Below, piece by piece: positions 27,841 to 42,362 of a stretch of DNA of 64,000 bases. Both the position numbers and the translations under genes were made by a program. The stretch is taken from contig CAWAWS010000002.1 of the NCBI GenBank assembly GCA_963785725.1, positions 64,001-128,000 on the forward strand, given 5' to 3'. Source of the DNA: an uncultured delta proteobacterium. GTDB taxonomy: Bacteria > Myxococcota_A > Polyangia > Palsa-1104. How positions within the stretch are numbered: the stretch's first letter is position 1; each line of letters opens with the position of its first letter. Below the pieces are notes generated by a model that saw only the letters and a program-made list of their open reading frames with translations, had not been told where the DNA came from and did not search any database.

Positions 27841-29034
27841 CTACCGGCGCCGGCGACGCTGTCCGCGCACGACGATCGCGGCCAGCGCCAACAGGACGAA
27901 CGCCAGCGCCCACGGCGACGACGCGGCCGCGCCGCCGATGCTGCAGCCGTGCGACTTCGTCGGCGCCGTCGACCCGCCGCCCATGTCGTTGCCCGTCGCC
28001 AGCGTCGGGCCCACCGCGACGACCGGCGACGGCGTGGCGTTGCCGTAGTTGTCGACGGCGAGGACTTCGATCTGGTGCGACTTGCCGGGATCGAGCAGCA
28101 GCTTCGCGTTATTCGAGACGGCCGACGCCGAGCCGCACACGAAGCGCTGATCGAGCGACGCGAACGTGCCCGTCGCCGGCGTCTTGGCGGGCGAGACTTT
28201 GAGCGGCTGCCCCAGCGTGCCACCGGTCGGGATCTGGCGCCGCTCGATGCCCGTCGGCAGGCAGATCGAGTAGCTCGCCGGCGTCGTGTAGATGTCCTCG
28301 GGATTGCCCTCTGCGTCGGCGCACAGGAGCTGAAAGCTGGTCGGGCTGAACGACGTCTGCGGCGGCAACGTCCACGAGACCTCCACGCCGCCGGTCACCG
28401 ACCCCGTGTTGGCGGTCGCCTGCACCGCGGACACGGCCGTCGGCGGCTGCGAATTCTCCGTGAGATCCGTGAGCGTGCACGACGCCATCGGCTGCATCGG
28501 GTCGTTGTAAATGAAGACGTAGATGCTGTTGCTGAGCGTGATCGGCGCGCAGACATGGGTCACCGGCGCGTACAGCGACTGCGCCGGAATCGGGATGTGT
28601 ATGGTCAGGCCGGCGGGGCTCGCCGTCGTGAAGTCCTCGAAGTTTGGGATGCCGACCGTGAGCTTCTCGCACGCGGTCTGTCCGGCTGTCGTGCGCGTCG
28701 CGTAGTCGTCGCAGCCGGCGCCGACCCAGACCTCGACGGTGGCCGGCGTGTCGGCGTTGCCGAACGCCGATGTCAATTGGATCTCGAGCGCGATGTCTTG
28801 TGTGGCGCATTGGCACTCGGCCGCGCCAAACACGTACGGAACCGACGCCTGCTGCACCGACTCGTACCCGCCGTTGCCATCGGGGATGGCGAGCCCGACG
28901 GTTCCGGCGAGTGTCCCGCCGCTCGCGTCGGTGCCGCTGCAGGTGCCGCTCATTTGCGGGACTGGGAGGGCCAACGCCGTCGCCGGCGCCAGCGTGATCG
29001 CGGTCAATAAAACGAGGACGTTGGATTTTCGCAT
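27841..29034 (-). CDS. Secreted Cys-containing protein with MYXO-CTERM sorting signal
   Basis: Signal peptide MRKSNVLVLLTAITLAPATALA; FN3-like segment; C-terminal HGCSIGG...WALAFVLLALAAIVVRGQRRRRR. Confidence 0.8.
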   Translation of the reverse strand: MRKSNVLVLLTAITLAPATALALPVPQMSGTCSGTDASGGTLAGTVGLAIPDGNGGYESVQQASVPYVFGAAECQCATQDIALEIQLTSAFGNADTPATVEVWVGAGCDDYATRTTAGQTACEKLTVGIPNFEDFTTASPAGLTIHIPIPAQSLYAPVTHVCAPITLSNSIYVFIYNDPMQPMASCTLTDLTENSQPPTAVSAVQATANTGSVTGGVEVSWTLPPQTSFSPTSFQLLCADAEGNPEDIYTTPASYSICLPTGIERRQIPTGGTLGQPLKVSPAKTPATGTFASLDQRFVCGSASAVSNNAKLLLDPGKSHQIEVLAVDNYGNATPSPVVAVGPTLATGNDMGGGSTAPTKSHGCSIGGAAASSPWALAFVLLALAAIVVRGQRRRRR

Positions 29035-29081
29035 GACGCCTCGCAGAGCAAACACGAGGCCAATCGTCATCGTGTGACTTA

Positions 29082-29241
29082 GAGCGGGCCCTCAAAACCT
29101 GTGACCGAGCCAGGCCGAGCGCGGAGCGCGGGCTGCGAGGCGCGACGAGGGAAGATACCGGTGTGTATCTGACCGAGCAGCAACGAAGCAGACCGCGCCC
29201 GCAGCCGGCTTGGCGACCGAACAGGTTTTGAGGGCCCGCTC
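29082..29241. mobile_element. MITE-like element with 21-bp perfect terminal inverted repeats and TTA target duplication
   Basis: gagcgggccctcaaaacctgt (29082-29102) / acaggttttgagggcccgctc (29221-29241), flanked on both sides by TTA; no ORF. Confidence 0.8.
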
Positions 29242-32781
<3,540 letters not shown>

Positions 32782-32939
32782 GCTCACCCATGTACATGCC
32801 CGGGTTGTGGACATGCGCTGGCAAAATCGCCTGTGATGTAAATCGTCAGCTGCGGCGGCAGATTATGAGCGAGCGTTCGCGTTTGACCACAGCGTAATGC
32901 ACAGATTCTCAACAGCCCCGTTCGTGGTACCTTCTGGCC

Positions 32940-34619
32940 GTGACTTCGTGGCGTCTCGCGCCCCTGTTGATGGTGGCGCTGGCCGGCTGCGGCGGCAGTA
33001 AGTCGTCGCCCGTCGACGGCGGGCCGCCGTTGGCGCTCGACGTCTGGCCGCCCGACGGCGCCGGCGCGCAGCTCGGCTTGGCCTACGGCGCCGTCGACAA
33101 GCTGCAGGTGCGCTATCACACGGCCGATGACGCGTCCAAGCCGATCGCCGGCGCGGTCGTGCACTACTCGATCTTCATGGATCCCGCGGGCTCGACGCTG
33201 ACGTCGGATCACGGCGTGACCGATGACAACGGCATCGCCACGGTGACGTTGACGGCGGGCCAGGCCGAAGCCTCCTTCGTCGTCGCGGCGACGGCCACGA
33301 ACGCGGCCGAGGTCGATTTCGGCATCACCGTATCCAAGCTGGCGTTCGTGGAGCTCGACGTGCAGCTGGCCTGGTCGGGCACGGCCGCCGATACGACGCT
33401 GCGCGCGCAGCTGTACACGACGTCCAGCTGCGCCACGCTCTTGCCGACGCTGCCGACGCTGCCGATGGCGCTGCGCTCGATCGTGCAAGTGGGCTCGAAC
33501 GCGACGACGCTGAAGTTCATCAAGCTGGCGTCGGAGAGCTACGCGGTCGCGGCCAGCGCCGAGGACAAAGTGTCGGGACAGCTCGTCGGCTACGCCTGCG
33601 TCGACGTGGGCGCGGGCTTGGTGCCGCCGGGCACGACGTCGACGCTGCCGTTGACGCTGGCGCCGGTCGTGGCGTCGCCGCTCGGCAGCTATACGCTGAC
33701 GTCGCAGCTGACGCCGACGGCGGCGCGCGTCGCGGCGGTGCTGGCGCCGTGGAAGCCGCTCGGCTGCACGACGAACGCGGCGCAGCTGCTGCTCGACGCC
33801 ATCGAGGCGACCTCGCCGGCGCTGGCGACGCAGCTCGAGGCGCACCGCTCGCCCGCCGGCGCCGACGGCTGCCGGCCGACGACGAGCGCGCTCGACGGCC
33901 CGCTGCAGGCGCTCCTGACGACGCCGTCGGCGAGCGTCAAAGACCCGCCGGCGCTGCATCTCGGCGACATCTACGCCGACCTGCAGTCGATCGTCGGCGC
34001 GGCCACGCTGACGTCGACGCTGGCGGTGACCGCGGCGGGCGCGAGCAGCTTCGCCGCCGAGCACACGCTCGGGTCGCTGGCGCTGGCCGTCAACGCGCAG
34101 AGCCAGTCGTACGACCTCGTGCACTTGGGTGAGCCGATCATCGACGTCGCCAACATCCCGCTCGGCTATGACGGCACGACGCTGATGCTGGGCGAGCATG
34201 GCTTTACGCTCGGCTGGCCGGTCCTGTGGCTGCAAGGGCTGTCCGACCTGTCGATCGCCGTGCGCGTGCCGGCGCTGGCGACCGCGACGGCGCCGCTGTC
34301 GCCGACGGTGCCGCAGCTCATCGACGCCACCGTGGCCGCCGCCATGCGCAACGGCAAGAGCGACTGCGCCGCCGTCAGCGATCTCGTCTGCAGCATCGTC
34401 GGCGGCAGCTGCGACGTCACCGCCGCCTGCACGAGCGCCAAGAGCGCCATCGCCGCCGGCTTGGTCGCGCCGCTGGCGCCCGAGAGCGGCATCGACCTCG
34501 ACTGGACCGGCAGCGCCACCGTCGCCGCCGGCAGCGACTTGACGGTCGCGACGATCGGCGGCGGCGTGTGGATGTCCTCGTCGCTGGCCAGCGGCACCTT
34601 CACGGGAAAGCGCAACTGA
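32940..34619 (+). CDS. Lipoprotein with Ig-like (Big-1-like) domain
   Basis: Lipobox LAGC; GVTDDNGIATVTLTAG; paired Cys. Confidence 0.75.
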   Translation: MTSWRLAPLLMVALAGCGGSKSSPVDGGPPLALDVWPPDGAGAQLGLAYGAVDKLQVRYHTADDASKPIAGAVVHYSIFMDPAGSTLTSDHGVTDDNGIATVTLTAGQAEASFVVAATATNAAEVDFGITVSKLAFVELDVQLAWSGTAADTTLRAQLYTTSSCATLLPTLPTLPMALRSIVQVGSNATTLKFIKLASESYAVAASAEDKVSGQLVGYACVDVGAGLVPPGTTSTLPLTLAPVVASPLGSYTLTSQLTPTAARVAAVLAPWKPLGCTTNAAQLLLDAIEATSPALATQLEAHRSPAGADGCRPTTSALDGPLQALLTTPSASVKDPPALHLGDIYADLQSIVGAATLTSTLAVTAAGASSFAAEHTLGSLALAVNAQSQSYDLVHLGEPIIDVANIPLGYDGTTLMLGEHGFTLGWPVLWLQGLSDLSIAVRVPALATATAPLSPTVPQLIDATVAAAMRNGKSDCAAVSDLVCSIVGGSCDVTAACTSAKSAIAAGLVAPLAPESGIDLDWTGSATVAAGSDLTVATIGGGVWMSSSLASGTFTGKRN

Positions 34620-35005
34620 TGGGCCACCCGACGCTCGACAATACCGGTCCGGCGCCGGTCATCGACGAGGACGATCAGCGCCCAGGCCCGGAAAAGCGGC
34701 GCCATCGACGCGTCGAAGTGGGCGTGCGCTGCTGGCTGACGAACGATCGCCACACCGTCTATTTGCGCTTGCACGATCTGTCGCTCGGCGGCCTGTCGGT
34801 GCGCGCGCACCTGCCGTTCATGCCGTCCGGCCGCGTCGACGTCGGCCTCGAGCTGCCGGGCGGCCGCAAAGTGCGCGCGCGCGGCGAGATCGTCTGGGTG
34901 CGCACGCACGACGGGGCGACGGCGGCGCCGGGCCCGCTCATGGGCGCGCGCTTCGTCGAGTTTACCGAAGGTGAGTCGGACCTGAATTCGCTGCTGGACG
35001 CTTAG
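34619..35005 (+). CDS. PilZ domain protein (c-di-GMP receptor)
   Basis: EKRRHRR (RxxxR) and DLSLGG (DxSxxG); ATG overlaps upstream TGA. Confidence 0.88.
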   Translation: MGHPTLDNTGPAPVIDEDDQRPGPEKRRHRRVEVGVRCWLTNDRHTVYLRLHDLSLGGLSVRAHLPFMPSGRVDVGLELPGGRKVRARGEIVWVRTHDGATAAPGPLMGARFVEFTEGESDLNSLLDA

Positions 35006-37167
35006 AACTTGAAGGTGAGACCGGCGCGACCGTAGACCTGCGGATCCTGCGCCGGGAAGATCGAGGAGAACTTCGCCGTCAACGCCTGGCGCTGACCGAC
35101 GGGATCGCCTTCGAAGAGCAAGAAGATGTTCACGTTCTCCGTCACCGCGATCTCGAGCACCGCCTGCAGCATGAAGCGGCCACCGACGAAGCGCGTGCGC
35201 GGATCCTGCGACACGTTGGCCACGCTGGCCGGCGCCGGCAGCATCGCGCCGTTGGCGCCGGCCATGCCGTCGCGCGCTTTGCAGGCGTTCATCTCGTTGT
35301 GATAGGTGCTCGAGTCGCCGACGTCTTTGTCCTGCGCGCTGGCGTCGGCGCTGATGTCGCCGTAGGTCGGGCAGTTCTTGTCGCTGTAGACCTGCAAGTA
35401 CGGATGCGCCGTGAAGCGGACGATGTCGCCGAAGAGGAGCGAGATCGGCAGGCCGAGCTCGAAGATGAAGTCGTTGCGATGGGTGGGGCCGCCGCCGCCG
35501 CCGATGAAGGTGTCGACGCCGATGGCGACCGGGCCCGCCTGCACGAACTGCAGCTTGGCGTGCGCGCCGCCTTCGGTGAAGTAGCCGATCGTGCGCAGCT
35601 CGATGCCGGCGTCCATGCCGATCCAGTTCCAGCGAAACGCGCCGACGGTGAGGCGAATCTGACCGAAGGGCACGAAGCCGCCGGCGATGTCGGCCGTGAA
35701 GCGCGCCGGGTCGATGGCGACGGCGGAGAACGACGACATGCCGCGCATGCGCCGCGCCAGCTCTTCGCGCGAGTGGCCGTGATGCAGCGGCGCCAGGTCG
35801 GCGGCCAGGATCTTCTGCTCGCCGCCGTCGATGTGGAACGGCTGCTTGGCGTCGGAGAAGCCGGGCTGGCGCACCTCGATGAAGTGCTCGCCCGCCGGCA
35901 CGTTGTCCAGCTGCAGCGGCGTCTTGCCGACGATCTGTCCGTCGAGCATGACGGTGGCGCCGGCGACGTTGGACAAGATCTTGATCGATCCCGACGAGTT
36001 GAGCTCGGCCGACAGCGTCGTCGGCTGCGTGGGATCGAGGTCGACCTCGCGCTTCCACTCGGCGTAGCCGCGCGCGCGCACGCTGACGAAGTGCTTACCG
36101 GGCGCCATGTCGTTGTGATCGAACGGCGCCGGACCGGCCGACGCGCCGTCGATGAAGACCTCGGCGTTCGGCACCGGCGTCACGACGCGCAGCCGCGCCA
36201 TCTGCGGCACCGCCGGCTGCGCCGTCATGTCGGCGCGCACGACGCGCTGCTCGCCGGCGGCAATCGTGACGTCGAGCGGCTGCGGCGCGAAGCCTTTGGC
36301 ATGCACCTCGACGATGTGCTGCCCCGCCGGCACGTTCGGGATCGAGCTGTTGACGTTGCCCGCCAGCTGGCCGTCGATCCACACTTCGGCGCCGGGCTGG
36401 GCCGAGATGACGCGCAACGTGCCCGTCGGCGGCGCCGCCGGCGTCAGCTGCGCCTGCACTTTGAGCTGCTGGCTGCCGACGACGGTCACCACCTGCTTCC
36501 ACGACAGCGGATCCTTGCGCACCTCGACGTTGTGCTGCCCTTCGGTCAGGTCGCTCACCAAGGCCGGCGTCGTGTCGCGCTTCTGCCCGTCGACGTAGAC
36601 ATCGGCGCCCGGCACGTCCGACGTCACCAAGAGCGCGCCCTTCTTCACCGCCTGCTGCAGGTCGATCACCATCTGCCGCTGATCGCCTTCGCCGACGTCG
36701 GCCGTGTCGCTGTAGTCGTTGAACCCGGGCTTCGAAATCTTGATGGCGTGCTTGCCGGCCGACACCTCCACGCGCGCCGGCACGTTGCCGACCGGCGCGC
36801 CGTCGACGAACAGCTGCGCGCCGGTGGCCGCGTCGTTGCCGCTCGACGCGCGCACGTCGAGCACCGCCGGCCGCGCCTGCCGATCGAGCGTGAAGATGAA
36901 CCCTTCGGAGCGCGTCACCGTGATCGGCTTTTCGATCGTGCGAAAGCCGGGCAGCTCCAAGATGATCTTGTACGTGCCGCGCGGCAGCCGAATCGTCGCC
37001 GGCGTGTAGCCTTTGATGCCGGCCTCTTTGGCGTCGATGTAGATCGCCGCCTGCTGTGGCTGCGAGTCGATCTTGATGCGCATCTTGTGCGGCGACTGCG
37101 CGGCGGCGACTCCGCTCACGAGCATGACTAGGAAGGCGATAGGCGTCAGGCGAATCGGAGCTCGCAT
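35002..37167 (-). CDS. Multi-PEGA domain protein with C-terminal outer-membrane beta-barrel-like domain
   Basis: Signal peptide; about six repeats of S.xPGAxVxxDG...G.TP...GxHxVxV; ends YGRAGLTFKF (terminal Phe). Confidence 0.85.
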   Translation of the reverse strand: MRAPIRLTPIAFLVMLVSGVAAAQSPHKMRIKIDSQPQQAAIYIDAKEAGIKGYTPATIRLPRGTYKIILELPGFRTIEKPITVTRSEGFIFTLDRQARPAVLDVRASSGNDAATGAQLFVDGAPVGNVPARVEVSAGKHAIKISKPGFNDYSDTADVGEGDQRQMVIDLQQAVKKGALLVTSDVPGADVYVDGQKRDTTPALVSDLTEGQHNVEVRKDPLSWKQVVTVVGSQQLKVQAQLTPAAPPTGTLRVISAQPGAEVWIDGQLAGNVNSSIPNVPAGQHIVEVHAKGFAPQPLDVTIAAGEQRVVRADMTAQPAVPQMARLRVVTPVPNAEVFIDGASAGPAPFDHNDMAPGKHFVSVRARGYAEWKREVDLDPTQPTTLSAELNSSGSIKILSNVAGATVMLDGQIVGKTPLQLDNVPAGEHFIEVRQPGFSDAKQPFHIDGGEQKILAADLAPLHHGHSREELARRMRGMSSFSAVAIDPARFTADIAGGFVPFGQIRLTVGAFRWNWIGMDAGIELRTIGYFTEGGAHAKLQFVQAGPVAIGVDTFIGGGGGPTHRNDFIFELGLPISLLFGDIVRFTAHPYLQVYSDKNCPTYGDISADASAQDKDVGDSSTYHNEMNACKARDGMAGANGAMLPAPASVANVSQDPRTRFVGGRFMLQAVLEIAVTENVNIFLLFEGDPVGQRQALTAKFSSIFPAQDPQVYGRAGLTFKF

Positions 37168-37199
37168 GGGGCGAGCGTAGCCGACGGTGACGGTGAAGA

Positions 37200-38987
37200 T
37201 CAACCGGCGGTCGTAGCCGTGGTCGAGCGGCGCGCATGGCCGACCCAGCGCACGACCGAGGCGACGATGATGACCGCGGTACAGCCCATGAGCGAAATCG
37301 AGAGGCCGGCGTCGAGCCAGCCGGCGAAGGTGTGCAGCTTCAGGTAGTTGTTTACCGTCGACAAATAGGCGGCGGTGAGCGTCGTCGTGGCGATGAAGAC
37401 GAGCGGAATGACCGTGATGGGGGCGTAGCGCGCTTTGCCGGTGTTGATGAGCATCGTCGTGCCGACGCACAAGGCCGTCGTCGCCAGGAGCTGGTTGGCG
37501 ATGCCGAGCAGCGGCCACAAGGTCGAGATCGATCCCGTGCGCAGAAAGCCGCCCCAGCCGATGACCACGAGCGCCGAGGCGATGAGCGTGCCCGGCTGCC
37601 AATCGTGCCTTAAGAAGCGCGGCTCGACTTTACCGAGCAGCTCCTGCAGCAAGAAGCGGGCGACGCGCGTGCCGGCGTCGACGGTGGTCAAGATGAAGAC
37701 GGCCTCGAACATGACGATGAAGTGGTACCAATAGGCCAGCAGCGTCTTCATGCCGGGCAGGCCGCTGAAGATCTTGGCGATGCCGACGGCGAGCGAGACC
37801 GAGCCGGCGGTGCGACCGCGCAGATCCTCGCCGATGGCCTGCATCATCGCGTCGAGATCGACCGTCTGCAGGTGCATGAGCGCGAACTTGGCGGGCGAGA
37901 CGTTGATGGCGAAGTAGTCGGCTTTGTAGAGCGAGGCGGCGGCGATGAGCGACGTGACGCCGACCAAGCCCTCGACGAGCATGGCGCCGTAGCCGATGGC
38001 GCGCGCGTCCGACTCCTTGTCGATCATCTTGGGCGTCGTGCCCGAGGCGATGAGCGAGTGAAAGCCGGAGATGGCGCCGCAGGCGATGGTAATGAATACG
38101 AATGGGAATACTTTGCCGGGGATGATGGGACCTTTGCCGTGCACGAACTCGGTGACGGCGTCCATCTTCAGCTCGGGGTTCACGATCATGATGCCGACGA
38201 TGACGATGGCCAGCGTCCCCAATTTCATATAGGCCGACAAGTAATCGCGCGGCACGAGCAAGAGCCAAACCGGCAATACCGACGCCGCAAAACCGTATAT
38301 GCAAATCAGGTAAATCAACGAGTTTTGTGAATACTTGAAATAGTGCGCGAAGTCGGAGGCGGCGACGAAGCGGCCGCCCCACACGGCGACGAAGAGGCCG
38401 ATGACGCCGAGGATGGTGGCGTTGCGGATGGCGCCGTGGCCTTTGCCGCGCATGCCGAGGCCCATGACGAAGGCGATGGGGATGGTCATGCCGATGGTGA
38501 AGGTGGCCCACGCCGACTCGGCCAGGATGTTGACGACGGCGAAGCCCATGGCGGCGATGGCGACGATGACGGTGAAGAAGATGGCGATGGCGGCGACCGT
38601 GCCGGCGGCCGGGCTGATCTCCTCGCGCGCGATCTCGGCGAGCGACTTGCCGTCGCGGCGAATGGAGGCGGTCAGGATGACGAAGTCGTGCACGGCGCCG
38701 CCGAGCGTGACGCCGACGAGGATCCACAGAAGGCCGGGCAGGAAGCCGAACTGCGTCGCCAACACCGGGCCGATGAGCGGGCCGGCGCCGGTGATGGCCG
38801 CGAAGTGGTGGCCGAAGAGCACCCACTTGTTGGTGGCGACGAAGTCTTTGCCATCGGCGAGGCGATGGGCCGGCGTCGGTCGCGCGTCGTCGAGCGCCAG
38901 CACCTTGGCCGCGATGAACGCGGAGTAGAAGCGGTAGGCGATGGTCAGCACGCACAGCGTGACCACCATGATGGGCAGGGCGTGCAT
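37200..38987 (-). CDS. cstA: Carbon starvation protein CstA (peptide/pyruvate transporter)
   Basis: [58 protein letters not shown]. Confidence 0.95.
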   Translation of the reverse strand: MHALPIMVVTLCVLTIAYRFYSAFIAAKVLALDDARPTPAHRLADGKDFVATNKWVLFGHHFAAITGAGPLIGPVLATQFGFLPGLLWILVGVTLGGAVHDFVILTASIRRDGKSLAEIAREEISPAAGTVAAIAIFFTVIVAIAAMGFAVVNILAESAWATFTIGMTIPIAFVMGLGMRGKGHGAIRNATILGVIGLFVAVWGGRFVAASDFAHYFKYSQNSLIYLICIYGFAASVLPVWLLLVPRDYLSAYMKLGTLAIVIVGIMIVNPELKMDAVTEFVHGKGPIIPGKVFPFVFITIACGAISGFHSLIASGTTPKMIDKESDARAIGYGAMLVEGLVGVTSLIAAASLYKADYFAINVSPAKFALMHLQTVDLDAMMQAIGEDLRGRTAGSVSLAVGIAKIFSGLPGMKTLLAYWYHFIVMFEAVFILTTVDAGTRVARFLLQELLGKVEPRFLRHDWQPGTLIASALVVIGWGGFLRTGSISTLWPLLGIANQLLATTALCVGTTMLINTGKARYAPITVIPLVFIATTTLTAAYLSTVNNYLKLHTFAGWLDAGLSISLMGCTAVIIVASVVRWVGHARRSTTATTAG

Positions 38988-39078
38988 GCGCGGGTTGTAA
39001 CACGAGGCCTCGTTGGGTTGCGATCAAGTCAACGAGGCGCCACACGGACGTCACGCTGGCGATGGTACGCGGCTGTTC

Positions 39079-40701
39079 ATGCGTCGATACGCGATGGCGA
39101 GCGCCCTCTTCGTCTGCGCCGGCTGGGTCACGGCCGGCTGCGGCGATCATCATGCGAGCGGCGGCGGCGCTGATCTGGCGACGGGCGCGGGCGGCAACGG
39201 CGGCGTCGACCTGGCGCTCGCGAACGGTGGCGACATGCCCGCGCCGGCTGCCGATGACATGAGCGTCGCCGACGACATGACGGCGCCCGTCGGACCCGGC
39301 GACGACATGACGCCGCCGGTCGCCGGTCCCGACATGACGCCGCTCGCGAGCCCCGACATGACGACGAGCGGCAGCGGCGCCATCGCCTGCCCCTACACGA
39401 CCACTACCGACGGGCAAGCGCACCTCCTGGCGACCTTCGTGCTGCCGCCGACCTCGATGAAGCTGATGGACACCTATCTGACCGACGCCCAGCTCGCGGA
39501 CGCGCTCACCAACGGCGCGTTGACGGTCACCGCGCCCAGCCTCGGCTCGGGGCTCGATTACGGCGGCGGCTGCCCGGGCACGTTCTTCGGTATCGGCGAT
39601 CGCGGCATCAACGGCGACAGCAACCAGACCAACGGCGTCAGCTTCCCGCTGCCCGCGTATACGCCGATGATCGCGACCTTCGACGCCAACGAGGACGCGA
39701 GCCTGGCCATCGACAGCGTCATCGATCTCGCCGACAGCGCCGGCACGCCCGCCACCGGCATCTGCAACGACACCAACGACGAAGTGCCCTACCTGACGGC
39801 GACGAGCACGACGCCGCTGCCGTACGACCAAGACGGCCTCGATCCCGAAGACGTCCGCAAGCTGCCGAGCGGCGACTTCCTCATCAGCGAAGAATACGCG
39901 ACCAGCATCGCGCTCATCGACGGCAAGACGGGCGCCGTCAAAGTGCGCTACACGCCGGCGAGCGAGGTCTTGCCGGCGGCGACATATCCGATCGCGCCCA
40001 TTTTGCCGGCGATTTACGCCAGCCGCCGGCTCAATAAAGGCTTCGAAGGGCTCGCCGTCACGCCCGACGGCCACACCGCCTACGCGATCCTGCAGACGCC
40101 GATGGGCGACGACTCGACGACCGAGTTCGCCGCCAGCTTGGTCAACCGCATCTTGCGCATCGATCACGTCGACGACCCGGCCAATGCCGTCGCGTCGGCC
40201 GAGTACATCGTCTTGCATCAGGCGGTGGCGACTGCGTTCCCGGCGCAGAAGACGAAGCAGAACAAAGTGTTCTTCAACTCGGCGACCTGGCTCGCCAACG
40301 ACAAGCTGCTCGTGCTCGAGCGCGCCAGCGGCAACAAAGCGCCGGAAACGGGACGGCTCTACCTCGTCGTCGTCGACGTGAGCGCGGCGACGAACATGCT
40401 GGCCGCGCCGGTGCCGGCGTACGAGTCGACGCTGTCGCCCGAGAGCCTCGCCAGCGGCAAAGGCTACGCCGCGCTCGGCATCACGCCGGCCGCGACGAGC
40501 TACGTCTTCGACAGCGACACGACGCCCGGCTTCATCACGACGCCGACCAACGGCTTGGTCTCGCCCGACAAGCTCGAGGGCCTCGCCATCATCAACAGCT
40601 CGACCGTCGCCATCGCCAACGACAACGACTTCGGCATCACCAACGCGAGCGACCCGTCGCGGCTGTGGATCCTGAAGCTCGCGCAGCCCTTGCCGCAATA
40701 A
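39079..40701 (+). CDS. Lipoprotein, esterase-like activity of phytase family (beta-propeller)
   Basis: Lipobox TAGC, DM-repeat linker, GDRG, GLDPEDV, ISEEY, RRLNKGFEGLA, DKLEGLA, ANDNDFG. Confidence 0.85.
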   Translation: MRRYAMASALFVCAGWVTAGCGDHHASGGGADLATGAGGNGGVDLALANGGDMPAPAADDMSVADDMTAPVGPGDDMTPPVAGPDMTPLASPDMTTSGSGAIACPYTTTTDGQAHLLATFVLPPTSMKLMDTYLTDAQLADALTNGALTVTAPSLGSGLDYGGGCPGTFFGIGDRGINGDSNQTNGVSFPLPAYTPMIATFDANEDASLAIDSVIDLADSAGTPATGICNDTNDEVPYLTATSTTPLPYDQDGLDPEDVRKLPSGDFLISEEYATSIALIDGKTGAVKVRYTPASEVLPAATYPIAPILPAIYASRRLNKGFEGLAVTPDGHTAYAILQTPMGDDSTTEFAASLVNRILRIDHVDDPANAVASAEYIVLHQAVATAFPAQKTKQNKVFFNSATWLANDKLLVLERASGNKAPETGRLYLVVVDVSAATNMLAAPVPAYESTLSPESLASGKGYAALGITPAATSYVFDSDTTPGFITTPTNGLVSPDKLEGLAIINSSTVAIANDNDFGITNASDPSRLWILKLAQPLPQ

Positions 40702-40764
40702 CTGCTACTCCGCTGGACGCGCCCGGCCACTTGCGAGCGGCGGCGCGTCCAGCGGTATTCCCTT

Positions 40765-42300
40765 TTAGACCGGCAACACCGCGCGCTTGCGCGGATACCG
40801 CGCCAGCCGCTTGCCGCGCGACGCCTCCAGCCGCCGCAACAGCTCCTCGCGCAGCTGATCGCCGACGATGATGCCGTCGATGTGCAGATCCGCCGCCAGC
40901 TTGTACAAGTCGACGTCCTGCCGATACTGCTCGCGCAGCTGCTCGACGAACGCCGGCCGCTCCGCTTCCGGCTTCTCTTGGATCTTGTTGTAGTACACCG
41001 CGTTCACCGCCGCTTCCGGCCCCATGACCGCGATCGACGCCTGCGGCAGCGCCAACGTCGCGTCGGGCTCGAAGCCGGGACCGCACATCGCGTAGAGGCC
41101 GGCGCCGTAGGCCTTGCGCAAGACCACGCAGAACTTGGGCACGCTGGCGTCGGCGACGGCGGAGATCATCTTGGCGCCGTGGCGAATGATGCCTTGGCGC
41201 TCGACCGCTTTGCCGATCATGAAGCCGGGCACGTCGGCCAAGAACACCAGCGGAATCTCGAACGCGTCGCACAGCCAGATGAAGCGCGCCGCCTTGTCCG
41301 CCGAGTCGACGAAGAGCACGCCGCCCTTCCACTTCGGCTGCGACGCCACGATGCCGACGACCTCGCCGTTCATCCGCGCGAAGCCGGTCACGAGCTCGCG
41401 CGCGAACAGCTTCTTGAGCTCGAAGAACGAGCCTTCGTCGACGATCGTCTCGATGACGTCGACGATGTTGAAGGCCTGGTTGTGATTGGCCGGCATGATC
41501 TCGTCGATGCGCTTGCCGGCGCGCGGCGCTTTGGGCGCGATGGCCTGCGGCTTCTCGCCCGCGCGCTGCGGCAGATACGCCAGATACGCGCGCGCCTTGT
41601 CGATGACCTCGAGCTCCGTCTTCGCCAACAGGTCGCCGCAGCCGGAGACCTCGCAGTGCATGCGCGCGCCGCCCATCTCCTCGAGCGTCACCTTCTCGCC
41701 GATGACCATCTCGGCCATGCGCGGCGAGCCGAGGTACATGGACGCGTTCTTCTCGACCATGAACACGACGTCGCAGAACGCCGGAATGTACGCGCCGCCC
41801 GCCGCCGACGGCCCGAACAAGAGGCAAATCTGCGGAATCGCGCCCGACAGATGCACCTGGTTGTTGAAGATGCGACCGGCGTGGCGACGCCCGGGAAACA
41901 TGTCGAGCTGATCGGTGATGCGCGCGCCCGCCGAGTCGACGAGGTAGATGAGCGGCACGCCGAGCCGCCCCGCCTGCTCCTGAATGCGCACGATCTTCTC
42001 GACGGTGCGCGCGCCCCACGAGCCGGCTTTGACGGTCGAGTCGTTGGCCATGACGGCGACGGTGCGGCCGTGAATCTTGCCCAATCCCGTGACGACGCCG
42101 TCGGCCGGCAGATCGGCCGCGCCGTTGTTCGCGAGCAGCCCGTCCTCGACGAAGTCGCGCCCGTCGTCGTCGAACAGGCGGCGCAAGCGCTCGCGCACGA
42201 ACAGCTTGCCCTCCTCGCGATTCTTGGCCTGATACTTCTCGGCGCCGCCGCGCTTGACCTGCTCGACGAGCGCTGCCAATTCCTCGGGCTTATGGGGCAT
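40765..42300 (-). CDS. Acyl-CoA carboxylase carboxyl transferase (beta) subunit
   Basis: PADGVVTG, DSTVKAGSWG, DSAGAR, AAGGAY, EEMGGA, DVPGFMIG, RKAYGAG. Confidence 0.93.
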   Translation of the reverse strand: MPHKPEELAALVEQVKRGGAEKYQAKNREEGKLFVRERLRRLFDDDGRDFVEDGLLANNGAADLPADGVVTGLGKIHGRTVAVMANDSTVKAGSWGARTVEKIVRIQEQAGRLGVPLIYLVDSAGARITDQLDMFPGRRHAGRIFNNQVHLSGAIPQICLLFGPSAAGGAYIPAFCDVVFMVEKNASMYLGSPRMAEMVIGEKVTLEEMGGARMHCEVSGCGDLLAKTELEVIDKARAYLAYLPQRAGEKPQAIAPKAPRAGKRIDEIMPANHNQAFNIVDVIETIVDEGSFFELKKLFARELVTGFARMNGEVVGIVASQPKWKGGVLFVDSADKAARFIWLCDAFEIPLVFLADVPGFMIGKAVERQGIIRHGAKMISAVADASVPKFCVVLRKAYGAGLYAMCGPGFEPDATLALPQASIAVMGPEAAVNAVYYNKIQEKPEAERPAFVEQLREQYRQDVDLYKLAADLHIDGIIVGDQLREELLRRLEASRGKRLARYPRKRAVLPV

Positions 42301-42362
42301 GGGCCGCTTTTGTAGCCGCCGCTGGCACGCGCGTCAAATGCCGAAGTCGATGACGCGGGCGG

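Noticed and set aside
37630..40698. 1022-aa minus-strand ORF
   Set aside because: Arg-rich shadow of cstA and the phytase-like gene in high-GC DNA
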